Part shown: in pieces, positions 26,401 to 39,665 of the stretch
Numbering within the stretch: the stretch's first letter is position 1
How the letters are laid out: the number at the start of each line of letters is the position of its first letter
Origin: Eledone cirrhosa
Lineage: Eukaryota
DNA: 64,000 nt
Assembly: GCA_964016885.1 (NCBI GenBank)
Contig: OZ024747.1
Coordinates: 21,700,001-21,764,000, forward strand
Direction of reading: 5' to 3'
Notes under the pieces: model-generated
The model's input: the letters and a program-made list of their open reading frames with translations, nothing else
What the model was told of the DNA's origin: nothing
Databases searched by the model: none
Translations under genes and position numbers: made by a program

Positions 26401-27885
26401 AGCAATCCTTACAAAAACCAATGAGTGTTTCATTTTGTCCAACTATAATGATTCTGACAGTCCAACAAATAAGTCAATCTATATGTTTAGGTACATATTC
26501 TTTATAGTTAAGTTTCCTCATTGAGAAGATTTATTACCAAAGGTGATCCTGCTGTGACCACACCATCTTGATCTAATCGAACTAGTATGTAATATAAATG
26601 TTTATCGTTGTTGTTATATGTAGAAAATGCAAAACTAATTTCAATTTGGAATTGGAAACTTTTCATTTATGTTAGTTATTGTTTTCAGAACAGTTTGAAC
26701 ATCGCAACTCATACTTTTTTTCTCTATCTCCTTTTCTCTTGTCATCACTGTTTAACGTCTATTTTCCATGCTTGCATGGGTTAGACAAGCTGTCATGAGA
26801 TGAGGTTGAAGAGATCAGGTGGCTATCTTTTGCTCTCACAGTCCAATCTTGGCTGGATTTATGCTGATGGATGCTCTTCATAAAACCAACCACAGTACAG
26901 CATGTACTAGGAACTTTTTTCATGGCATCAGCACTACCACTTTGGAGAATAGACTGAGTGCTTTTTGTCTTGGTACCAGTATGACCACCTTATTGGGTGG
27001 ACTAGGTGCTCTTTGTCATGGCACCAGCTCTACTATCTTCACATATTTGATGTCCTACCTAAAATATGTTTAACTCTTAATATTCTGTAATGATTTAGCA
27101 GAAAATATTTCAAAATGTATTTGATGTTTTGAATGTAGTATGTTTACTAATGGAGAAATCATTAGGAAAGGTATTAGAGCACAGACTTCAATTTTCAATG
27201 TAATGCAATCATAGTGATGTTTGATACTGTTCAAGAATGTTTCACTGGTGCAGGTTTATGTGGTACAGGACGTTAGGAGTTAAATTTTTAACAGAAATGT
27301 TTGTTTAGTGTGTTGTGTGTTGATTGTGATTATTGATTGGGGAAGTAATTTCTCTAACATACTAGTGTCATGTGAATAAGGACCAACAAGGAAACAAGAT
27401 TGCTAATTATATATTTATTTGTAGCCATGGACTACTAAAAATCCATATGATGAACAAAAACACATCAAAATAATATTAAGCATGATGTTTTCATTAACAT
27501 TATATATATATACATGAACTTTCCTCTCTAAATATGTATGTAAAAACTAATAATTTTCCTTCTCCATTTTATTATTATTCGTATAAATATGCAATTTAAC
27601 AGCACTTCCGTTGTTAAAAAAGCATATAATGCTGAAACCGGTACCATGATTAAATGCGGAAATGCCCACTTTATAAATAAATGTTTTGATATTATACTGA
27701 AAAAATCCCTCCATTTTCTACTGTATTTTTTCCTTTTTACTATGTGTTTATATATATAATATTATTGGTTACATGGCACATGTTTGAAATTTTCTCAGAC
27801 ACAACATCTTTATTTTTTTTAGTAATAAATAAATATATATATATATGTATGGAGGCATATGGCTTATATATATATATGTATGTAT

Positions 27886-28225
27886 GGAGACATATGGCTT
27901 AGTGGTTAGAGCATTGGCCTTGCAATCGAAAGGTTGTGAGTTCAATTCTCAGACTGAGTGATGTGTTGTTTCCTTGAGCAAGACACTTTATTTCACATTG
28001 CTCCAGTTTACTCAGCTGTAGAAATGAGATGATAGGGACTGGGATCCCTATCATTCCACTGCAAAGTGGTCGTGGAGGTGTCACGGCAAAAAAGCACCCA
28101 GCCCACACTGTAAATGAGGTTGGTGTTAGGAAGGGCATCCAGCTGTAGAAATCAAGCCAGAATCAGTTCCCGTCCCACCCTTGCAAGCAGGGAAAAGCGG
28201 ACGTAAAATGATGATGATGATGATA
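27886..28225 (+). mobile_element. tRNA-derived SINE with RTE-type tail (second family)
   Basis: Head GGCTTAGTGGTTAGAGC...GAGTTCAATTC, CCTTGAGCAAGACAC box, tail GGAAAAGCGGACGTAAAA(TGA)n; close copy at 37531-37832. Confidence 0.8.
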
Positions 28226-30100
28226 GGTGTGGATATTAAAGTGGGACAGGCTGAATGCTTGAATGCAGAGGTGCAATAGAGTAAAAGGGATAAAGCCTTG
28301 TTTGGTCTACTCACTAACATGCTACAACCAAAATCTGTTGCTGAATGAGAGAGTGAGTGACTGCTCTGGGTCTTCTCGTCTGTATTAAAGCTAACCCTAG
28401 TCACTTGCCAGAAATACATAACATAGGGCCTCCAACATTTAATGTTCTTAGTGAACTGAATATAGTTTCACTTACCAATGGAACCACTCTCATTTTAGAA
28501 AGTAATATTCTTGAGAAAATGCAGAATAGTATTGTTGCTATTTAGTTGCATGTCACCTATAATCAAATAGTCCTCTGAGGAAAAGCATTCAAGATATTTC
28601 ATGACAAATGCTCTGAATCCACATGAGATTTCTCTCATTTTCTTATGTGCAAGTTTGTCCAGTTCTCTTGGTATTCTATTTTTTATGGCCTGTGGAATTC
28701 AAGAGCTTTGTGGAGCTGGGCCACTGACAGTGACATTCTTATCATCATTTGCGGCTCACTTGATCAGCCTTTCAGGTGATGCCTGCCATGGTGTGTGGTT
28801 ATTCATGTGCTTCTGCCTTACTATCAACTGGCCTTGCTAATGCAACTATATTTGATTATCTTAGCATCTTAGCCTTGCTATTACCTCAAAAATTATTAGA
28901 GAGCAACTCCAGCATCTCTTGATGTGTCTTCTCCCACTCTTCTTTTTTTCTTTTTTTTTTTTAGCAGCTCATAGTTTCCAAACATCTGGTCTGTATCAAA
29001 ATAAATGTTGTATCAAAACTGTAGAATCTGAGAAAACTAAGTTGAGTTCTGCTCTGGCAAAATGTAATACAAATATTTCAAACACTTCAATACATTTTAT
29101 ACAGTTAAGTTATATAAATGTTACATAATTTCTCCAATTGTATGCAGCTTTTTGTTTTGGGTTTACTAACCAGGTCACTTTAAAGCTATCCCTTGAATGT
29201 TAAACATTGATCAAATGCAGCTTTCTTGTTTCTTTCTAGTCATTGCCTTTTGTTAGTTGTTTCAAAATTCTCCAACAATTCTAACGATTTTGAAGAAGTG
29301 ATGCATCTAAATTTCGAAGTGATTTTTCAGTTGATTCTTTTGGAAAAACTCTGAAATCAATACATTAAAATATAATTCATCAACATTATTTAATGTCTGT
29401 TTTTCTATGCTGGACCATGTCAGTAGTTAATCAGAGTTAATACCCTCTCACTAATAAGCCAGCAGCCCACATCCTACATACGTATATTCTGGTTTTGGCA
29501 AGGTTTCTACAGCTGAAACCACGTTGGTTCTATGATACAAAGCTGTTTGTATTAACCCTTTAACATGTACATTACTCTATATATACTATTGGTAAAGGCT
29601 TTATCTCACATATCAAATCTTTGAGATTTTGATATTATTTATTTTGAGAACAATACTTTAAAGTTGGTATGAGGGGCCAGTTATGGCTGGTTTGGACAGA
29701 AGAGGTGAGAGAATTCTGGCCAGATATGGCCGGTTTAAATGCTAAAGGGTTAAAGTGTTTATATTCATATAAAAACAACCTTCCATTATAATTTTCTGTA
29801 AGAACATTTAATTTATATTCCAAACACCATCTTAGTATTGAGAAAGATATATTACTAAATTCCTCTAAATTCTCAATTATTTTCAAAAGGATCTGAAAGT
29901 TATAGGCTGTATTAGAAATATAACCAAAGGGTTAACTGATTTCCAACACTTTTTTTTTATTGAACACATATTCAAGATATGCTATTTTACAAGAATTGAT
30001 GAACATAACTTTGTGATTTCACAGTATGTAGGCTAGTGTGTTTTTAGTTGTTGGCTTTTGGTCATGTGTGCATGTGTTCTTTGATGTTAATTCCTATATA

Positions 30101-30177
30101 CAGGTGTCCCAAAAAATGTATATACACGTTAACAGTATTCTAATAAATGTATGCATATATTTTGGGGGGACACCCTG
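30101..30177. mobile_element. Tc1/mariner-type MITE
   Basis: TA|CAGGTGTCCCAAAAAATGTAT...ATATTTTGGGGGGACACCCTG|TA. Confidence 0.65.
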
Positions 30178-30339
30178 TAGATAAAGAAATCATGATAGAA
30201 TTAAATAATGATAGAAGTATAAGAATGAATAGAGAGACAGATATTTACAATGTCCACCACAGTTAGCCAAGATGGGCTAGCACGTATCTTCTTGTCACTG
30301 CTGCTATCACTGCAACCTACTACTCCTTTGATAATGCAA

Positions 30340-30832
30340 TCTATCTATATAATACTAAAAGTCTGTGGTTGCTTGCTTGTCTGTAATGTAGTACAGCCAA
30401 AAGGGCGCATAATGGGAAAATACTTTGAAAGGAAGTCAACCCTGAAATGCGAATACAAATGGAATAAAACAAAGTTTCACATAAATCGGAGGACGGGTTC
30501 CCGGGATATGGGGTTTTTCCGGGTACCTTCATAAACAGAGAGAGAGAGAGAAGGAGAAGAGAGAAAGAGACAGAGGTTGTGAGAGAGTAGATTGAAAGAG
30601 AGACATAGAGAGAGAGGAGAGAGAGCTGGTGGTGTTGTGTATGTGTATCTATGACTGTAAATAGATCACAAACACCCACATACATATATATATGTATACA
30701 CACACACATATTTATATATGGGCCTTCTAGTTTCATTTTACATTATATACATGTCTGAATATTTTTAAGTGAACATAATTTTTTTTTTATATTTTGAAGT
30801 GAACGTGACCCAATGGGTCACTGGTGGTTTAG
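30340..30832 (+). mobile_element. Non-autonomous Helitron-like element
   Basis: 5' A|TCTATCTATATAATACTAAAAG; 3' hairpin GTGACCCAATGGGTCAC (30805-30821), then TTAG|T (CTAG-like end); internal (GA)n/(CA)n. Confidence 0.6.
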
Positions 30833-31281
30833 TATAACATATTTATAAGAAATCAAATTCTTTCACAAAAGAGGAGTTACAGGACATAGAATGTTCTAGA
30901 TTGTTCTTGATCTTAAATCTGCACACCCAGATGAAAGAAAGTCAATGATCTGTGTTAACAGGTCAAGAGCAGATATGTATTTAATCAATTTAAATATCTT
31001 TATAGAGCTAGTAAAACTAGGAGAGGTATCTAATACTCCTTATAAATAAGAAAGAAAAACGAGAAGCAGGAAAAGAAAGAGAAGGCAAAAGAAGTTGGTT
31101 GACAAATAGACCAGGAAATGTTTCAACCAAAAATGAAATTTGTTGTCTTGACAATCCATTTCCTAATTGGGTTTAGAGCCTTTCTGTTAAACATATATAT
31201 CAGTAATTTAACAGTATTGAAAACAAGGCTTATGATGGGTCTGATCCACAATTTCACTTTGCTTTCATTATTAACACTCTC

Positions 31282-31462
31282 AGGGCGGTGGATTGGCAGT
31301 ATCGGTAGAGGGTCAGACGCCATGCTTTCCAGCATAGTTACGTCCCTTTACGATCTGAGTTCAAATCCCGCCGAGGTTGACTTTGCCTTTCATCCTTTCG
31401 GGGTCGATAAAATAAAGTACCAGTAATGTACTGGGTAATTGTGCCAAAAGTAGAAACAATTA
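31282..31462 (+). mobile_element. Young CORE-SINE
   Basis: Near-identical to consensus. Further copies or fragments at 34838-34950, 39029-39255, 44624-44775 (-), 48218-48563, 51525-51900 and 61525-62058. Confidence 0.85.
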
Positions 31463-32050
31463 ACAACACTCAAGAGAGTCAAGAACAATGCTATTTCCTA
31501 TTTCCTTTCCTCTAGAAATCTCAACCCTTGTGTTTGTATCTTAAATTGCTTGTAAATACTAAACAGAAATACAAGGGATTGCATGAACGAAGTTAATTTT
31601 TAGTTGAGGTGTGTAGCTCATCATCATCATTTAACCCTTTAGCATATACATTACTCTATATATACTATGTATTTTTGTAGTAAAGACTTTATCTTACATA
31701 ATTATCTCACATAGAAATCTACAAGATTTTGATATTATTTATTTTGAGAACAACACCTTAACAAAAGTATGAGCAACCGGTTACGGCCAGTTTGAACAGA
31801 AATAGGTGAGAAAATTCTGGCTGGATATGCTAAAGGGTCAAAATCATTTTTTCCTGCTAGCAAGGGTTGGATAGATTACATACCATATCAGTACTTAATC
31901 AGAACCCCTGACCTCTCAGACCGGCCAGGGGCTGCATCTCACTTACCTGTACCTTACAGAGTGAACTGGATATATATATTGTCACCAGGCTTGGAAGGCT
32001 GTCATGTCTTTGGTACAACTTGATTCTTTGTTTGACAAGTTTCCTATGGT

Positions 32051-32420
32051 TGGATGCCCTTTCTACCACCAACCACTTAACAGGTTGTACATGGTGTAGT
32101 GAATTGTGTCACCAATACTAGAGAGAACAGTACTCTCAACCCATTTTTTGGCATGATTTCTACAACTGGATGCCCTTTCTACCACCAACCACTTAACAGG
32201 TTGTACAGGGTGTAGTGAATTGTGTCACCAATACTAGAGAGAACAGTACTCTCAACCCATTTTTTGGCATGATTTCTACAACTGGATGCCCTTTCTACCA
32301 CCAACCACTTAACAGGTTGTACAGGGTGTAGTGAATTGTGTCACCAATACTAGAGAGAACAGTACTCTCAACCCATTTTTTGGCATGATTTCTACAACTG
32401 GATGCCCTTTCTATCACCAA
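32051..32420. repeat. 116-bp tandem repeat, ~3.2 near-identical copies
   Basis: TGGATGCCCTTTCTA recurs at 32051, 32167, 32283 and 32399. Confidence 0.95.
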
Positions 32421-34959
32421 CCATCTTACACTGTGCACAGTATATTTTCCAGAGCACCAACACTAGACAGGTTGATGTGTTGTGACTGAAGGATCATTTC
32501 AATCCTGCTAACATAATTTCTACTACTTTATAGAATGCAGTGGGTGTGTTTTATCATGGCATGACTTGTGTCACTTATTAAAACTGAACATTGTAAAGCA
32601 TTCTATCTGATATTCTAATGACTCTGCCAATTTGCCTCCATTTTAGATAAATACAAACATTTAAAAAAACAAACAAAAAACAGTTTTGTATTTTAGAAAC
32701 AGGAGCCTTTTAATATGAAGAGTTAACACTATTGAATTACTAGTATAATCCATCTAACAGACTTCTATACAGTCTCCACCTACCCAGCTACACTCACGTG
32801 CTTTGTGATAATATTCCACACCAGCATGTAAAATGAGTATTATGATGATTATGAGTTTGATTTGTCAGATGTTGATGTGATAGTTACCGTCTATAACTAT
32901 ATTGTACAATTAGTAGATAATAAACCTATGCGTTTTACATGAGTGATTTTTATTTTCTGCTTCACTAACCTTGTGTTTCTATAAAGCTGCCTTGTCCTGT
33001 CAAATAGAACAGCTTGTGCAACTCTGTTGAAAGTTTCTATGGGCCCTTTACACCTGATAGAGATGTAGGGTCTGACTGAACAGGCCTATGATCAAAAGTG
33101 TTCCAGCTATTTCATCATCATCATCGTCATATATACGTTGACTTTTCTATGTTGGCATGGGTTGGATGGGATGTTTTAAAACAATTTGCAGGATTTGAAC
33201 TCAGAATATAAAGAGTCAGAACAAATACAGTAGTGTCTTCTTATCCGATGCTCTACCAATTCTGCCAATCCATCACCATAATGACAATATGGCCAATCAG
33301 TTCTGTCAGCTTTTGGAGTTTGTTTTAAATTCATGACACATCCTTTGGTTATTCATACTGTTTTGTCAGCGGTCACATGTATGTATGTATGTATCATCAT
33401 CATCATCATTTAATGCCCATTTTCCATGCTAGCATAGGTAGGATATGCCATTAAACAGATGTAAGAGGATGATGATGGTAACAAATAGCACCCAGGGGGC
33501 AATGTAGAAAATTATATTGTCAGAAATATGTCATCATCATCTCCATTTAAAGTCCATTTTTCCACGCTGGCATGGGTCAGACGAGTTATCCTGTTGTGAG
33601 CAATGCCATGTCAGGTGACCATGTCTTGCTCATACAGATGTACAGAAATACCACATCATGACTGTATGCAAACAGAAGTATCATTATCCTCATTGTCAAT
33701 AAATGTCCACTTTCCCTGCCAGCAAGGAATGGACATGTCAGGATATGATGTGTATGCATAGATGGTTATCAGCCAGTAAAAGCAGAAACTATCTTAAAGT
33801 TATATGTTTAATGGACAATTAACAAAGAAAGGAAAATATATATATATAACTAAAACCATCAATTACTTTAATTAGAATGTAAACAAATCTACACCAAACC
33901 CATGCTATCCATGAACTTAAACAAATGCAAATCATAATCCTACAGTCAACCCCACCCTCTGTCAACTTGCAGCTGTTGAAGAACATCAATCACTGAATAT
34001 CACAGGCCTCCAAGGGTCTGTGAAATACATGAGCATAGCCTCTTTCCTCCAGACCAAACCATTTATATAAATTTAAAAAAATTTTAGATTTTAATCTCTG
34101 TTTGCTCTTCATGTATGAGAACTGATGTTTACCCAAATCATTTATTTTTATGATACAGCTTATCTGTTTGTTTCTAGTTTCTTTCTTCCCATCATTTGGC
34201 AATGTCCATGCTCAAATACGACCGATAACATTTATAGGATTTGTATGATAGCTTTGTGAACCTTAGTGATTAGGTATTAACTGTTGAAGCTTTCCAAATG
34301 AAAAGATTTGTCAAGTAACACCAAATTCTCATTTACTAACATGATTTGGCTTGTTTTCTGTAGCTTTTTCTGTTCTGGTGTCAGCATTAAGCAAATATAA
34401 ATTGAAACAAAATAAAACTAATTCTTACACATCCCAATAATTTTACAAATAAGCCTCTGTTTATTATCTTGAAACTAAGAACAATGTTCTTTTTGTTGAG
34501 CACCTCATCTTTTTATTTTTATTTCACACACAATGTATCTAGGAGAATATTTAGCAGAACATGATTCATAATAGAGGTGTATGTGAAGGCATATACAATA
34601 TGTTTATGTATAATAACCCTATACAAATCTCACTATAAATGTTTTAAGCTTGTAATCATGTATGTCACAATTATCTTAGTAGCCATGTGAGAATGCCAGA
34701 AGTGTTTCTGGATTTTTATCCATCGTCAGTGACGTTTACTCACCGGGTATAGAGTCAAGAATAAGCTATAACATATATGTCTTTTTGCATATGAAACATC
34801 TGACTGGCTAGGATTAATTATTAGCAGTAGCTAATATCAAATCCTGCCGAGGTTGACTTTGCCTTTCATCCTTACGGGGTCGATAAAATAAAGTACCAGT
34901 AATGAACTGGGTAATTGCTGGCCTTGTGCCTAAAGTAGAAACAATTATTTAACATAATA

Positions 34960-36524
34960 ATTTCATACATATATTTCTTGATTTTAAATTTGTTACTAAA
35001 ACTTCGTAGTGCTTACGTTTTTTTCTATAAAATCCATAGAAATGCATACCCGGTATTTAAAATGTGATTTCATTGTCTTAGCGTTGCTATGAACACGTAT
35101 TGTGACATATTTACTTTAACAGGAAACAGATTATTGCACGTGGCGTTTCTTTTCAAAATTAGCAGGTGAGAAAAGTTGATAGTTGAAATCTAGCAGTTTT
35201 TCGAACAGGTGGATTATTTAAAAATGCGGCACTACCATGCTATTAGCTGTCAGAAGTGAAAGTTTCATCAACCTTCTCAATCGTAAACATCGTTTATTTC
35301 CGTATTACCACGCGTTATTTTAATAAAGCATATCGATGTAAGTGGAGTTACTTAAATGAAAATATAGGTGGCCCTTAAAAGGGCCAAATTAGAAAACAAG
35401 TCATGGTTATCAAATAAATTGGATTTAATCATTTATATTTTCATAGTCATGGTTATCAATGTAGAAAACAAGTCATTTTCACCAACAGTGGCCAAATTAG
35501 AAAACAAATATATAGTTATCAAATATTTTTGATAACCATGACTTGTTTTCTAATTAACTTAAATTTGTTTTCTAATTTGGCCCTTTTAAGGGCCACCTAT
35601 ATTTTCATTTAAGTAACTCCACTTACATCGATATGCTTTATTAAAATAACGCGTGGTAATAACGGAAATAAACGATGTTTACGATTGAGAAGGTTGATGA
35701 AACTTTCACTTCTGACAGCTAATAGCATGGTAGTGCCAAAAATGCTATAATCAGTACAAGATATAATCAGTACAAGATATAATCAGTACAAGGTTTTAGT
35801 CTTTCTCTACATTGCAGGCAAATATTTTCATTGAAAAAAATGTATAAAACCTTTTCACCAATCAAAATAATATTTGCAATGTAATCTTACACAATGTACG
35901 GTGTAAATTTACGTAACAGAGTCTTCCCAATATATAAGTTCATTAACAGGTGTGAACATGTATTGGTGTTGTATCTTTCAACCACGTTGCTGTATAATTT
36001 TCAATGGTGTCCGTCAGATCTTCGCTTTCACTTTCAAAGTAACTATCATCGTCAGAAATAAATACGTCTGATTCATTTGAAGATAAATCACTAATATTAT
36101 CTTGTTTCTTTTTCATTTTGATTGTCGTCGCATGTAAAACCTTCAAAATCGGTATTCGCTACTTTGGGAAGCCATGTTGATATGCTAAAAATCTGTTATA
36201 CTTTCAACGTTAAAAAACAGGTGTTATTTCAAGTTTCACTATATTAAGAGTTAATTTTCGCGCTTAAAGGCTTTATGTCGCAGTAATCTCGAATTGACGA
36301 AATTTCGATGACGTTAATGTTTATTTTATAAATAAAACATGGTTTGGAGTATATATCGCAACGGTGAAGTAATGGAAAGCTAACAGATTATTAGTTTCAA
36401 TTATCATAAAAAATAGTAGTTTGACGGCCCAAATTTCAGTGCGACCTATCTGCGAGTCAATGGCAAATAGCCTATTTGTTAAATGAAAAGTGGGTATGCG
36501 ACCTATCTGCGAGTATATACGGTA
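34960..36524 (-). mobile_element. DNA transposon relic (pogo/Tigger-like terminus, piggyBac-like acidic N-terminal fragment) with internal fold-back
   Basis: Right end ...GCGACCTATCTGCGAGTATATACGG|TA with a subterminal repeat. - strand frameshifted MASQSS..TDFEGFT..SDLSSNESD..ESESED..W..DTTPIHV at ~36175-35943. Left boundary is uncertain. Confidence 0.5.
35228..35737. repeat. Long near-perfect inverted repeat (arms 35228-35399 and 35565-35737)
   Basis: Arms are reverse complements over ~172 bp; followed by 3x TATAATCAGTACAAG(A) at 35746-35792. Confidence 0.95.
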
Positions 36525-38235
36525 CATAGGTCTCAATATGAATGCTTTAAGCTGTGATCATGTCATAGCTGTCTCTATTAGGAGTATATTATCCATTGTG
36601 TTCTTCCTTTTAATCAGTAATGAGTGATTTTGAGAGAGATTTAGCTGCTGTTTCTAATTAGTTAGGCAATGATAGTTGTTTCTTTTGTTGAAATAAAATT
36701 CATGAAGTCCCTTATTGGTTATGAGAGGAATCTGAGCAAATAATGAAATTGAGATGGACCAGGAGCTTGCATCTTGCTTACTTATGTTCCCGCACTGTAT
36801 CAGCTGCTTGGGTGGATTGAGTGCCTGCATCATGCTTATAAAACATTCCCATGCTCTACCGAATACATTTTATCATGGTACCAGCACTAAGGAGGTTGTC
36901 ATATCTTTAACACAGCTGAAGAATCTTCCCAACCCTTTGTTTGGCAGGTTTTCTATAGCTGGATACCCGTTTTATCACCAAATTATATCAAATTGAAAAT
37001 ATATTGCTGAAAAAGTGGGGCAGAGATCTGAATACATATCTCTTATGCTGTGTGCATATTTGTTTTTGTAAGTAGTTGATCCAAGTGATAACTAGCTGTG
37101 CATTCACTAGTAAGTACCATAAACTAAATATAGTGGATGTAGTGTAAAGAATTCTATTGTTGTTACTGTAAATCATTGGCAGAGCCTGTGAGGTATAGGG
37201 AGGATGTGTTAAGTATGAAAGTTTTGCAGGAAATAACTAAGTTACTAGAATGTTTGTCCTTTTGACATTTTATTCACACAAGAAAGTGTTTATAACATCA
37301 TTGCAATAGACCAGATATTTCACTCACATTTCCACACACTTAGACTAGTACTGACTTGCACCAAACTTGAGTTGGTCATTAACTGTTTAAGATTTGCTTC
37401 AGAATATAACCTCTAAGTATCCTTCATATTAGATTGTCAAAATATTTATGCATATGAAACCAATTGACTACTTAAGTTTCTTGAAATTTTTGTAATCTTT
37501 TATGTATATTATATATATACAACCATACATGGAGGCACATGGCTTAGTGGTTAGAGCAAAAGGTTGTGAGTTCAATTCTCAGACCGGGTGATGTGTTTAT
37601 TTCACATTGTTCCAGTTTACTCAGCTGTAGAAATGAGATGATAGAGACTGGGGTCCCTATCATTCCACTGCAAAGTGGACGTGTAGGCGCCACGGAAAAA
37701 AGCACCCAGCACTCACTGTAAATGAGGTTGGTGTTAGGAAAGGCATCCAGCTGTAGAAATCAAGCCAGAATCAGTTCCGTCCTACCCTTGCAAGCATGGA
37801 AAAGTGGACGTAAAATGATGATGATGATGATACAGTAATTGTGGTTGGCATTAGGAAGGACATCCAGTCATAGAAACCAAGCCAGAAATTGTTCTGTATG
37901 ACCTAGACAAGGTCCTCTGATCTGACTTGTCCCACAATGGGACAACCTTTTCATTTGTAATCTGATGTTTGAAACATTAATTAAAGGAAATATTTGAATA
38001 AAATTATGATGAAAAGTTTTCATATAAGTATTAATATTTTAAATACAGTTGTGTGTCATAAAACCAGGACAATTTAAGGCGGGTTGGTATCAAAGGGTTT
38101 TTGATAGGGTGAAGGATTAATTTTATCTAACTTCACATAAATCAAACTATGGCTACTGTAGAAGACACTTGCCCAAGAAGCTATCCACTGAAATTGAACC
38201 CTAAATTATGTGATTGTGTGATATTTGGTGATAAG

Positions 38236-38273
<38 letters not shown>

Positions 38274-39254
38274 ATTTCGCTGAGTTTTGTCTCAATGTGT
38301 GTATGTATATTTTGTCCTACCTACTACCCTAGGTCAAAAACAGGAATTATACAGCTTGGAATTGTTATGTTAGCTGATAACCTTTACTAAAGTGGACACG
38401 AAAGGGTAGGGGTGCGTGTATAATTTGTGTGTGTGTGTGTATATATATATACACACACACACATATTGATGTATGTGTACTTTGTATGTTAATTTGTATA
38501 AGCATGTGCTTAAATATTTAAATGTTTCTCTGTGTGTGTGTTGCTCCCAAAGGCAAATAACATTACTTTGTAAATCCGTGAATATATAAATAGAAAAACG
38601 TATTTCCCTCTTGTTAGTGATACAGAAAGCATATATCCTGTTTTGATCACATGCTAAATGACCGTCTAAACCATATCACTAAATTAGAACTTACTTCCTG
38701 CTGCTTATCCCTCAACTAGCAAATCTGAAATAATCCAGTCGAAACGTTATTGGTGGAGAATTGACAGTCGTTTTCTGAGCCTCTACACCCTTAATTCAAA
38801 TCCTGACATGTGTCACCAGAAAATGGTAACATGGTAGGATTATGGGTACATCTGATATTCCCCCTCCATACACATGCACACATGTATCTGTGTGTATATC
38901 ATGACTCATACACTGTTCACTTTCCTGACATTTGTACATTATTCTATGTACTATACATACACCTTTGATAAGTTGTAGTGCACCTGAGCACTGTTCACAA
39001 TACTTTTCATTATTATCATTAAATGAGGGTGGTGGATTGGCAGTATCATTAGAGTGTCGGACACCCTGCTTCGTGGCATAGAGTTAAGACCCTTTACGTT
39101 CTGAGTTCAAATCCCGCCAAAGTTAACTTTGCCTTTCATCCTCATGGGGTCAATAAAATAAAGTACCAGTCACGCATTGGGGTTGATTTAATCGACTTTC
39201 TCCTCCCCCTAAATAGCTGGCCTTTTGCCTAAAGTAGAAACCATTATTATTATC

Positions 39255-39665
39255 ATTAAAATGTGGATGCTGCATGAAAATTATTGTGTACAGTGTTCAG
39301 GTGCACTACAACTCATCAAAGGTGCATGTATAGTACATAGAATAATGTACAAATGTCAGGAAAGTGAACAGTGTCATGATAGACACACACATGCCTGTGT
39401 ATGGAGGGGGAATATCAAGTGTAGTGTTGGCGAATTTCAGGAAGCGTGGAAGTTTTGAAGGATGCAGTGTCACAGCAGCTAACAATTGATGCAGGTAGTT
39501 TGTTCCATGCTTCAGCAAATCTGAGCATGAAAAAATGTTTCCAAAAGTCATGGGAGCTGTCCAGTCTTCAGATTTTATTAGTATGTCTACGGGTGTTAGA
39601 CATATGGAATTCAAAAATGTGCTCAGGGTTGTTGTTAGCAAGATGGTTAATAAATTTAGTAATTA
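39255..39665 (-). mobile_element. CR1/L2-like LINE 3' fragment
   Basis: NTRRHTNKI...WKHFFMLRFAEAWNKLPASIVSCCDTASFK; its 3'UTR is also present in + orientation at ~38853-39010. Confidence 0.7.

Noticed and set aside
27886-27960. tRNA gene
   Set aside because: A/B boxes belong to a SINE head; no complete cloverleaf, and it continues into SINE body.
32051-32420. CRISPR-like regular repeats
   Set aside because: Units are wholly identical with no unique spacers; eukaryotic context with no cas genes.
35367-35597. Histone gene or pseudogene
   Set aside because: Only the stem-loop is present; no histone coding sequence upstream on either strand.
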